Below, piece by piece: positions 18,862-27,040 of a stretch of 64,000 bases of DNA. Made by a program: the position numbers and the translations under genes. The DNA is from Candidatus Sericytochromatia bacterium (GTDB lineage: Bacteria > Cyanobacteriota > Sericytochromatia > S15B-MN24 > UBA4093). Each line of letters begins with the position of its first letter. Within the stretch, counting starts at the first letter, position 1. The notes below the pieces were generated by a model, which searched no databases, was not told where the DNA came from, and saw only the letters and a list, made by a program, of their open reading frames with translations. The DNA is taken from NCBI GenBank assembly GCA_036676985.1, contig JAKFBU010000001.1, forward strand, positions 96,001-160,000, given 5' to 3'.

Positions 18862-20541
18862 CTAGCTGGGCGAGAGGTCCTCCGCCTCGGTGACATGCAC
18901 CGCGGGGAGCTCCTGCAGCCGTCCGCCCCGGGCCGCGTCGAGCTCCCAGAGGCGCTTGTTCTGGACCACCGACTCGACCCGCTCGATGCCGTCCTTGTTG
19001 AGGACCACCCGCACCCGGTGGTAGACGGGCTCCTCGAGGCGGCCGTCGCCGCCCACCTTGGTCACGCGGTAGATCACGTTGACGTGGTAGACCTTGGGCG
19101 CGAGCATCACCTCGAAGCGGCCCGTGCGGTCGTTGAAGCGCGACACCTTCACGTGCGGGTCCGAGAGGCGCTTGAGGAGGTTGGCCACCGAGTAGCGCAC
19201 GATGTGCTTCACGTGCATGCGCCGCACGTGCGTGGCGTGAATGGTCTTGGCCTCGAGCTTCATGGAATGGCGGTAGGAGAGGACCTCCTCCTCGCGCTCC
19301 TCGTCCAGGTCGATGGCGTGGCTGAACTCCCGGAGGCGCCTGATGTCCTCGGGTAGCTTGCGCTTGGCCTCGTAGCGGACCGTCTGGCGGCAGGTGCCGA
19401 TGGCGCGCTGGGACATGGGGTCGATGACCGTCAGCCGCTGATCGGGCAGGAGGCGCTGCACCTGGCTGGCCAGGTACTCCTTGAAGAAGTCCTTGATGCG
19501 GTCCTTGAGGATGTAGACCAGCACGATGGTGAGGATCAGCATCGCCGTGGAGACACCGTGCAGGTGCACGTTGACGTTGCGATCGCCGAGCGTGCTCCAG
19601 AAGGCCGCGAGAGCCGCACCGCAGGCCGCCACGATGCTGCGGAAGCGATGCACCTCGCGCACGGTGCGGATGTTGAGGTAGAGCACCTGCGCCAGGTACT
19701 TCTTGAGAGCACCCGTGCGATAGGTGTAGAGCTCCAGGCCCTCGGGCGAGTCGCTCGACAGCTGGATGAAGCCCTCCTCGCGACGGTACTCGGCCTCCTT
19801 GGCGCCGAGCCAGGTCAACCGCTCGTCGAAGCGGCTCAAGAGGGCATGCTCGACCGCGAGGAAGGCCTCGTGGATCTTGGCCAGGTTCTCGTCGAAGCGG
19901 TAGGTCAGGTACTCGTCCACGAGCCGCAAGGCGTCGAGCATCTTGCGAGAGAGGCTCGCCCGATTGTCGGAGTAGGAGCGGCGCAGGGCGCGGTACTTGA
20001 GGAGGACCGCATGCTCGCCCTCCAGGTGATCGACGATGTGGTCCATCAGCTCGGCCGCGGCCGTCGGGTTGTGGCGCCGGCGCGCGATTTCTTTCCCGAC
20101 CTCCCGGGCCTGCTTGCGCAGGTCGCGCCAGTTGGCGATGAGGATGGTGCCCAGGAGCTTGGCCTCGTTGATCGTCGAGCGCTCCAGCTTCTGGTCGATG
20201 CTGGGCTGCTCCACCAGCTGCTTGAGGTTGAAGCTGAGGATGTTGAGGGGGCTCAGCGGACTGAGCGGATCCGCGAGAGTCTGGCTGCTGAGGGTGGGCG
20301 TCTTGAAGCGCAGGTAGCTCAGGACGTCCTTGAAGAAGTCGTCCTTGCCGTAGCTGAGGGCCGACACGCCGAGGTTGGTGGGCAGGAAGTAGAAGGCGTC
20401 CACCCGGAAGTAGGCACGCCCGTCGGAGCCGGTCGCGCTCGGGCTCACGTCGTAGTTGAACGCGATCTCGAAGTGCTGCCGATCATGCAGATCGATCTGG
20501 CTGTCGAACAAGCGATTCGACCGAAGCGCCCCTTCTCCCAT
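18862..20541 (-). CDS. Conserved hypothetical protein: large soluble domain, two TM helices, C-terminal domain
   Basis: About 560-aa ORF with genome-typical codons; hydrophobic pair followed by YILKDRIKD. Confidence 0.7.
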   Translation of the reverse strand: MGEGALRSNRLFDSQIDLHDRQHFEIAFNYDVSPSATGSDGRAYFRVDAFYFLPTNLGVSALSYGKDDFFKDVLSYLRFKTPTLSSQTLADPLSPLSPLNILSFNLKQLVEQPSIDQKLERSTINEAKLLGTILIANWRDLRKQAREVGKEIARRRHNPTAAAELMDHIVDHLEGEHAVLLKYRALRRSYSDNRASLSRKMLDALRLVDEYLTYRFDENLAKIHEAFLAVEHALLSRFDERLTWLGAKEAEYRREEGFIQLSSDSPEGLELYTYRTGALKKYLAQVLYLNIRTVREVHRFRSIVAACGAALAAFWSTLGDRNVNVHLHGVSTAMLILTIVLVYILKDRIKDFFKEYLASQVQRLLPDQRLTVIDPMSQRAIGTCRQTVRYEAKRKLPEDIRRLREFSHAIDLDEEREEEVLSYRHSMKLEAKTIHATHVRRMHVKHIVRYSVANLLKRLSDPHVKVSRFNDRTGRFEVMLAPKVYHVNVIYRVTKVGGDGRLEEPVYHRVRVVLNKDGIERVESVVQNKRLWELDAARGGRLQELPAVHVTEAEDLSPS

Positions 20542-20719
20542 CCCCCTCCGCTCCCTTCGCGGCATAGACCCGCCTTTGGGTCTCTTTCATATACCCAATT
20601 CTCTCGCCATGCCGCTCTTGGGCGCTTGGGCGAATGGGCGAAGGGTTTCGTCGGATCCGGTGAGCGGAGCAAGCAAGCCACGGTGATACGATTCCCTGGT
20701 CGCTCGGACCCTGCCGGAG

Positions 20720-22204
20720 GTGCCCATGCTCGAGACACTCACCCAGCTCGCCCTCACCTTCGTGATGATCGTGATCTACGCCGTCGTCTTCTGCCTGGTG
20801 TACGCCAAGGTGATGGGCGGCATGTTCAGCCGGGCCAAGTTCGATCCGACCAAGGAGACGAACCAGGACCTCCGCTTCACCGACGTGCTCGGCATCGACG
20901 AGGCCAAGCGCGAGGCGCAGGAGGTGGTGGACTTCCTCAAGAACGCCACCGAGTTCGAGAAGATCGGCGCCAAGATCCCCAAGGGCATCCTCCTGGTGGG
21001 CCCTCCCGGCACCGGCAAGACGCTCTTGGCCAAGGCGATCGCCAACGAGGCGGGCGTGCCCTTCTACTCGCTGTCGGGCTCGGACTTCGTCGAGGTCTTC
21101 GTGGGCGTGGGCGCGAGCCGCATCCGCAAGCTCTACCAGAAGGCGCGCAAGCACCCGGCGGCCATCGTCTTCATCGACGAGATCGACGCCCTGGGGCGCT
21201 CGCGCAGCATGAACCAGTTCGGCGGCCAGGAGGGCAACAACACCCTCAACCAGTTCCTCGTCGAGCTGGACGGGTTCGGGCGGGGCGGCAACGTCATCAC
21301 CATCGGCGCGACCAACCTCGAGGAGTCCCTGGACCCCGCCTTGCTGCGACCGGGCCGCTTCGACCGCAAGATCCACGTGGGCCTGCCCGACGTGAAGGGT
21401 CGCGAGGCGCTGCTCAAGCACTACACGAGCAAGGTCAAGCTGGACCGCGCGGTGGACCTCAAAGCCCTGGCCCGAGCGGCCACCCACATGAGCGGCGCGG
21501 ACATCGCGAGCGTCGTCAACGAGGCCTCGATCCTGGCCGTCCGCGAGCAGCGCAACCAGGTCCGGCACGAGGACTTCTCACGGGCCATGGAGCGCCTCGG
21601 CATCGGCCTCGAGAACGCGGGCCGGGTGCTCAACACTCACGAGCGGCAGGTGGTGGCCTACCACGAGGCGGGCCATGCCCTGGTCAACCTCCAGACCCAG
21701 CCCCACAAGCGCCTCCACAAGGTCTCCATCATCCCGACGGGGCGCCATGCGCTCGGCTACACCTGGTCGGTGGAGGTCGAGGACAAGCACCTGGTCACCA
21801 AGGAGGAATACATGGCGGAGCTCGCCGTCCTCATGGGCGGCCGGGTGGCCGAGGAGATGGTCTTCGGGCAGGTGACGAGCGGGGCGCACTCGGACATCAA
21901 GCGCGCCACCAAGATCGCGGAGCTGCTCGTCTGGGAGCTCGGCATGCGCAGCGAGTCGCCCATCAACTACAAGGAGCTGAGCATCTCCGAGGCGACGCGC
22001 CAGCGGCTGGACCGCGAGGTGGAGCACCTCCTGCAGGAGGCCTACGACCAGGCCCGCGAGATCCTGGTGGAGCGCCGGAGCGACCTGGAGCGGCTGGCCA
22101 AGGGCCTCCTGGACCACGAGGTCCTCTACGAGCAGGACGTCTACGCCGTCCTGCACGGGCGCCGGCCCGAGCGCGAGGGGGGCCGCGGCGAGTGGGTCGC
22201 TTAG
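20720..22204 (+). CDS. ftsH: FtsH-family ATP-dependent zinc metalloprotease (short form with one TM helix)
   Basis: Walker A GPPGTGKT, pore loop FVG, Walker B IFIDEID, SRH ALLRPGRFD, M41 motif HEAGH. Confidence 0.9.
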   Translation: MPMLETLTQLALTFVMIVIYAVVFCLVYAKVMGGMFSRAKFDPTKETNQDLRFTDVLGIDEAKREAQEVVDFLKNATEFEKIGAKIPKGILLVGPPGTGKTLLAKAIANEAGVPFYSLSGSDFVEVFVGVGASRIRKLYQKARKHPAAIVFIDEIDALGRSRSMNQFGGQEGNNTLNQFLVELDGFGRGGNVITIGATNLEESLDPALLRPGRFDRKIHVGLPDVKGREALLKHYTSKVKLDRAVDLKALARAATHMSGADIASVVNEASILAVREQRNQVRHEDFSRAMERLGIGLENAGRVLNTHERQVVAYHEAGHALVNLQTQPHKRLHKVSIIPTGRHALGYTWSVEVEDKHLVTKEEYMAELAVLMGGRVAEEMVFGQVTSGAHSDIKRATKIAELLVWELGMRSESPINYKELSISEATRQRLDREVEHLLQEAYDQAREILVERRSDLERLAKGLLDHEVLYEQDVYAVLHGRRPEREGGRGEWVA

Positions 22205-22218
22205 TCCCATAATTTGAA

Positions 22219-22246
22219 AGACGGCCCGCCAATTGGCGGGCCGTCT
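22219..22246. terminator. Perfect palindrome between convergent genes (probable bidirectional terminator)
   Basis: agacggcccgcc-aatt-ggcgggccgtct. Confidence 0.65.
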
Positions 22247-22259
22247 CGCGTTGAAGCGT

Positions 22260-22478
22260 CTAGGGGGTGGGCTCACCCTCGGCGGGTACGTCGACCGTGC
22301 GCCGGGCGGGCGTCTGCCGGGGGGGCGCGGCTCGGAGCTCGCTCGGGTCGTAGTTGCGCGTCCCCGTGCCGTGGTAGGTGTGCGTCGTGATGAAGGCCGC
22401 CTCGACGACGACACAGCCGGACGTGACCGTCAGGGTCACGGTCGCGAGCACCATCATCAGCCAGCCACGTAAGCGCAT
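22260..22478 (-). CDS. Small putative lipoprotein
   Basis: AGGAGG upstream; basic N-terminus, hydrophobic core and TSGC lipobox. Confidence 0.55.
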   Translation of the reverse strand: MRLRGWLMMVLATVTLTVTSGCVVVEAAFITTHTYHGTGTRNYDPSELRAAPPRQTPARRTVDVPAEGEPTP

Positions 22479-22723
22479 ACGTCCCTCCTGAGGAGCTTAT
22501 CGGCTCCCGGGGACGAAAATGACCTTAAGCTCTCATGGAGTTTTAGTTATCTTGGCGGCGATGGCGGGCCAAGCGGTGGCACGGAGCCCGATCGAGCCGA
22601 TGGGAAGGATTTTGCACGCAAGCGATCGCGCGGATCCTCCGAAGACATTAAGAATAGGTTGTGACCGCTCGCTCGGCCATGGCGCCGAGGCAGCGATGAT
22701 TCAGCGATAAAGGGGCACTGACG

Positions 22724-23689
22724 TTGAAAGCCACTACGAAGGCACTGATTCCCGCCGTCCTGGCGGCGACGTTCCTGGCGACGGCCTGCGGACCCATCCT
22801 CATGACCCCCAAGGGCGCCTCGGAGAGCCAGGTCACGGCCCTGGGCTCGGATCTGCCGAACGAGATCTTCCAGGGCGAGTCCGCGGTCATGGTCGGCGCG
22901 GGCGACATCGCCTACGAGGGCCCGGGCGCCGAGGCGACGGCCAAGCTGCTCGACCGCATCCCGGGGACGATCTTCGCCCTGGGCGACAACGCCTACCAGA
23001 CCGGGTCGCCCGACGAGTTCGCGCGCTACTTCCATCCCACCTGGGGCCGACACAAGCATCGCATCCGCCCGGTCGTCGGCAACCACGAGTACCGCACGCC
23101 CGGGGCCGCCGGCTACTTCGACTACTTCGGGGCGGCGGCGGGCGATCGCACCAAGGGCTACTACTCGTACGACCTCAACGCCGACTGGCACATCATCGTG
23201 ATCAACTCCTGCTCCGAGGGCGACGACGCGGCCAAGGACAAGCTGACGACGAGCTCTCCTCAGTACCAGTGGCTCGCGCAGACCCTCGACGCCCACCGCC
23301 ACCAGAACGTGGCCGCCATGTGGCACCACCCGCGCTACAGCAGCGGCGCCCACGGGGACAACGACGAGACGGACGCCGTCTGGCGGCTCTTGCACGACAA
23401 GGGCGTGGACATGGTCCTCTGGGGCCACGATCACCACTACGAGCGTTTCGATCCCGCGAATGCCGAGGGCAAGCGGGACGACCAGAAGGGCATGCGCTCG
23501 TGGGTCGTCGGCACGGGCGGCAAGAACCACTACCCATTCTTCAAACTCCCCAAGCGCATCACGGCCGTCCGCGACGCCGGCTCCTTCGGCGTCCTCAAGC
23601 TGACGCTCTTCAAGAAGGGCTACGAGTGGGAGTTCATCCCCATCGCGGGCGAGAAGTTCACGGACCAGGGCCGCTCCCTGGTTCGTTAG
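22724..23689 (+). CDS. Calcineurin-like metallophosphoesterase lipoprotein
   Basis: ATAC lipobox; GDIA, LGDNAY, GNHEY, HHP, GHDHHY motifs. Confidence 0.88.
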   Translation: MKATTKALIPAVLAATFLATACGPILMTPKGASESQVTALGSDLPNEIFQGESAVMVGAGDIAYEGPGAEATAKLLDRIPGTIFALGDNAYQTGSPDEFARYFHPTWGRHKHRIRPVVGNHEYRTPGAAGYFDYFGAAAGDRTKGYYSYDLNADWHIIVINSCSEGDDAAKDKLTTSSPQYQWLAQTLDAHRHQNVAAMWHHPRYSSGAHGDNDETDAVWRLLHDKGVDMVLWGHDHHYERFDPANAEGKRDDQKGMRSWVVGTGGKNHYPFFKLPKRITAVRDAGSFGVLKLTLFKKGYEWEFIPIAGEKFTDQGRSLVR

Positions 23690-23704
23690 ACGCTAACTAG
23701 TCCA

Positions 23705-23746
23705 GCACGAAGCGGGCAGTTCGGGTGCGAACTGCCCGCTTCGTGC
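23705..23746 (+). terminator. Long hairpin separating the phosphoesterase from the precursor gene
   Basis: gcacgaagcgggcagttcg-ggtg-cgaactgcccgcttcgtgc, a 19-bp stem. Confidence 0.65.
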
Positions 23747-23854
23747 GGTCGATCCAGTAGAAAACGAAGATTTAATGGAGGTTTATCGAAGTTTTGGAGA
23801 CATTTGGCGCATATGAATACTAGCAAGTAAAAACGCTGCCGTAAGGAGTCTGTC

Positions 23855-24529
23855 ATGCGCATCAACCCGAATGATCCCGGCTTGCGTCTGCCGAAGCCTG
23901 TCGCTCCGTCGCAGGCGCCGCAGGCGCCAGCCGCCTCGGAGTCCGGCGCCGCCAAGCCCGTGCTCGATGCCGCCACGATTTCCCCGCAGGCCAAGCCCTC
24001 GAAGTTGGGCCTCCCGGAAGCGGAGATTCGCCTCCCCGACCCCATCCACCCGCCGCACAAGATGCGGGCGGATGATCCGACGCCGGGTCCGAGGGGCCCC
24101 ATCAGGCCGCCCATCATCAAGCGGTGCTGGGATGATCCGACGCCCGGCCCCAAGGGTCCGATCAAGCTGCCGCCCGTCATCGTCAAGCGGCGCGCCGACG
24201 ATCCGATTCCGGGTCCCCGGGGCCCCATCAAGATCAGGATGGACGACCCGACTCCGGGGCCCATCAAGCCGCCCATCTACAAGTTCCGGGCCGACGATCC
24301 CCTCCCTTCGGGCCCCATCAAGGAGCCGCCCATCTTCAAGAAGCGCGCGGACGATCCGATCCCCTCGGGCCCAATCAAGGAGCCTCCGATCTACAAGTTC
24401 CGGGCCGACGATCCGATCCCTTCGGGCCCCAAGGACCCCATCGGTAAGCCGCCCATCTTCAAGAAGCGCGCGGACGATCCGGCTCCCGGTCCCATCAAGA
24501 TCAAGATGGATGACCCGAAGCCCTTGTAG
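23855..24529 (+). CDS. Putative multi-core graspetide (RiPP) precursor with nine KxxxDDP repeats
   Basis: AAGGAG RBS; about 65-aa non-repetitive leader, then KMRADDP, KRCWDDP, KRRADDP, KIRMDDP, KFRADDP, KKRADDP, KFRADDP, KKRADDP, KIKMDDP joined by Pro/Gly linkers; adjacent ATP-grasp gene. Confidence 0.75.
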   Translation: MRINPNDPGLRLPKPVAPSQAPQAPAASESGAAKPVLDAATISPQAKPSKLGLPEAEIRLPDPIHPPHKMRADDPTPGPRGPIRPPIIKRCWDDPTPGPKGPIKLPPVIVKRRADDPIPGPRGPIKIRMDDPTPGPIKPPIYKFRADDPLPSGPIKEPPIFKKRADDPIPSGPIKEPPIYKFRADDPIPSGPKDPIGKPPIFKKRADDPAPGPIKIKMDDPKPL

Positions 24530-24538
24530 CCGCAAGCC

Positions 24539-25477
24539 GTGGCGACCGTGAAGCGGGTTGGCCTCGTCTACGGCGAGGAGGATCGGCACATCCGGGCCCT
24601 GGCGGCCGAACTCGAACGCCAGGGCCACGAAGCGGTAGACATTGACGCCTCCGAGCTCTCGGCGGCGTCACTGTTTTCGCTGCGTCAGGATGCCGCCTTC
24701 CTCGGGAACCGTCCCATGGCTGAGCTTTCGGCCGTCTTTCTGCGCAGCATCCTGAGCGCCTTGCCGGGCGTGTACCTCGCAGAAGGCGAATACCGCGTCT
24801 ATTCGGACTGGTACGAGAGCTACACCCTGGCAGCCGAGCGGCAGGCCCTCGTCATGGGCTGGCTGATGAACCTCCAGGAGTACGTCCCGTTCGTCAACCC
24901 GCTGCGGCTGGCGACCATGTCGCCCCTGAAGCCGGTGCAGATGGGCCAGCTCACGCGGGCCGGCATCCGCGTGCCCCGGACCCTGGTGTCGAACGACCGG
25001 CAGGAGATCGAGGCCTTCCGGCGCTCCGTGGGCGATACCATTTTCAAACCCCTGATGGGGGGGCGCTACTGCGATCGCCTGACGGACGAGGTCCTGCGCG
25101 AGGTCGACTGGGGGACCTTTCCCGCCGTGTTCCAGGAGTACGTGCCCGGTGAGAACGTCCGCATCTCGGCGTTGCCGGGCGAAATCCTCTCGGCCTGCGC
25201 GGTCTCGGGCGACGAGATCGACTTTCGGGCCGCCGAGGAGTTCATCGCGGGCCGCGAGCCCATGCGCGAGATCGACCTGCCCGACGACGCGCGCCGGATG
25301 TGCTGGAAGGCGCTCGAGGCCTGCGGCTTCTTGTTCTCGGGCATCGACCTCAAGGGTACGGTCGAGGACGGCTTCGTCCTGCTCGAATGCAACCAGCGTC
25401 CCGCCTGGCTCCACATCGAGGACGCGACAGGAGCACCGATCACGCGCGGCCTGGCCGCCTTCTTGGCGCGACTCTAG
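24539..25477 (+). CDS. RimK/MvdC-D-family ATP-grasp ligase (graspetide synthetase-like)
   Basis: VNP, K.VQ, VPRTLVSND, FKPLMGG, FQEYVPG, DFR, GIDL, LECNQRPAW motifs; starts 9 nt after the precursor stop. Confidence 0.85.
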   Translation: MATVKRVGLVYGEEDRHIRALAAELERQGHEAVDIDASELSAASLFSLRQDAAFLGNRPMAELSAVFLRSILSALPGVYLAEGEYRVYSDWYESYTLAAERQALVMGWLMNLQEYVPFVNPLRLATMSPLKPVQMGQLTRAGIRVPRTLVSNDRQEIEAFRRSVGDTIFKPLMGGRYCDRLTDEVLREVDWGTFPAVFQEYVPGENVRISALPGEILSACAVSGDEIDFRAAEEFIAGREPMREIDLPDDARRMCWKALEACGFLFSGIDLKGTVEDGFVLLECNQRPAWLHIEDATGAPITRGLAAFLARL

Positions 25478-25530
25478 GCTCCTGTTTCGGTAACTCGCCA
25501 AGTCCCAGGTGACGTCGAGGCAACTGGCGG

Positions 25531-25559
25531 GTGACGGCCCGTGCCAGGTGGGCTAGTAT
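25531..25559 (+). promoter_or_regulatory. Sigma70-like promoter for pepC
   Basis: GTGACG-17 nt-TAGTAT upstream of the AGGAGG RBS. Confidence 0.4.
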
Positions 25560-25587
25560 GGTCGCATCACGTTACAGGAGGGCGTCA

Positions 25588-26946
25588 ATGCTTCAAGCCA
25601 CCACGACGATTCCGACCGCTTCCGGGATGGGGGCGATCGCACCGGACCAGATCGAGACCTGGAAAGCCGATTTTGCCACCAATCCGACCCATCGCCTGGC
25701 CATGAATGCCTGTTCACAGGGCAACCTCGACGAGATTGCGCTCAACCGCCAGATCTTGGCCGGCATCGACTGGAACTTCTCCCATGAGGTGGCGAGCGGC
25801 GCCATCACGAACCAGAAGCGGGCAGGCTTTTGCTGGCTGTTCGCCAGCCTCAACTGGCTGCGCATCGACGTCATCTCGACGCTCAAGGTCGAGAACTTCG
25901 AGTTCTCCTACAACTACCTGATCTTCTGGGATCGCCTCGAGAAGGCCAACCGCTTCCTCACGGCCATGGTCGCGAACCGGGATCGGTCGTCGGACGACCG
26001 CCTGGTGGACTTCCTCCTGCGCGACCCGAGTCCGGACGGCGGTGAGTGGCACATGGTGGCCAACCTGATCCGCAAGTACGGCCTGGTCCCCAAGTCTGCC
26101 ATGGCCGACACCTTCAACCTGAGCGACTCGACGTATCTCAACAAGGTGCTCAACTACAAGCTGCGCGAGGCCACGGCCATCATCTTCGGGCTGCAGCGCA
26201 AGGGCGCCTCCGAGGCGGAGGTCGAGGGAGCCAAGCGCAAGGCGTTGTCGGAGATCTACCGGATTCTCTGCATCCTCATGGGGGAGCCGCCCCAGCGCTT
26301 CGACTTCTCGTACCGGGATAAGGACGAGAACTACCACGCGCACCGCGACCTGACGCCGCAGACGTTCTACGAGCAGTTCGTGGGCAAGGACCTGAACGAC
26401 TACGTCTGGGTGATGAGCTCGCCGCTCGAGAGCACGCCTTACCACCAGACCTTCTACCTGGAGCAGTTCAACAACGTGGTGGAGGGCAATCCCGGCGTCT
26501 TCCTGAACGTGCCCATGGAGACCCTCAAGGGTCTGGCCGTCAGCGCCCTGAAGGACAAGCAGGCGCTGCTCTTCGGCTGCGACGTGCTGCAGGCGTCCCA
26601 CCGGAAGATCGGCGTCATGGACCCGAGCATCCTCGATTACGAGCTGGTCTTCAACACCCCGTTCAAGATGGACCGGGCCCAGCGGATGCAGTTCCTCGAG
26701 GCGCGCCTGACGCACAACATGGTCATCCGGGGCGTCGATCTGGCGGACGATCAGCCGCTCAAGTGGAAGATCGAGAACAGCTGGGGAGACGAGCACGGTC
26801 AGAAGGGCTTCTTCATGATGACCGACGCCTGGTTCGACGAGTACGTCTACGCCCTGGTCGTGAACCGGCGCTACCTGGACGGCGAGCTGGCGACCCAGCT
26901 CGATCAGGAGCCGACCGCGCTCCCGCCCTGGCATCCGCTGGCCTGA
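25588..26946 (+). CDS. pepC: Aminopeptidase C / bleomycin hydrolase (peptidase C1B)
   Basis: TNQKRAGFCWLFA (catalytic Cys), FWDRLEKAN, DGGEW, THNM (His), ENSWG (Asn), C-terminal PWHPLA. Confidence 0.92.
   Translation: MLQATTTIPTASGMGAIAPDQIETWKADFATNPTHRLAMNACSQGNLDEIALNRQILAGIDWNFSHEVASGAITNQKRAGFCWLFASLNWLRIDVISTLKVENFEFSYNYLIFWDRLEKANRFLTAMVANRDRSSDDRLVDFLLRDPSPDGGEWHMVANLIRKYGLVPKSAMADTFNLSDSTYLNKVLNYKLREATAIIFGLQRKGASEAEVEGAKRKALSEIYRILCILMGEPPQRFDFSYRDKDENYHAHRDLTPQTFYEQFVGKDLNDYVWVMSSPLESTPYHQTFYLEQFNNVVEGNPGVFLNVPMETLKGLAVSALKDKQALLFGCDVLQASHRKIGVMDPSILDYELVFNTPFKMDRAQRMQFLEARLTHNMVIRGVDLADDQPLKWKIENSWGDEHGQKGFFMMTDAWFDEYVYALVVNRRYLDGELATQLDQEPTALPPWHPLA
26874..26946 (+). repeat. Direct repeat copy 1 (last 73 nt of pepC)
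   Basis: 69/73 identical to 31907-31979 by manual alignment. Confidence 0.9.
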
Positions 26947-27040
26947 TCGCGTCCTCGCGAAACCGGTCTCACCCGATGGGCTGCCCGATGACGGGCAGCC
27001 CTTCGTGTCTCGGGGCTCGACGGCCACGAGCGAAGGGGCG

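Noticed and set aside
23686-24628. Repetitive ORFs on the minus strand and alternative frames over the precursor
   Set aside because: Shadows of the repeat gene; only 23855-24529 has an RBS, typical codon use and coupling to the ligase.
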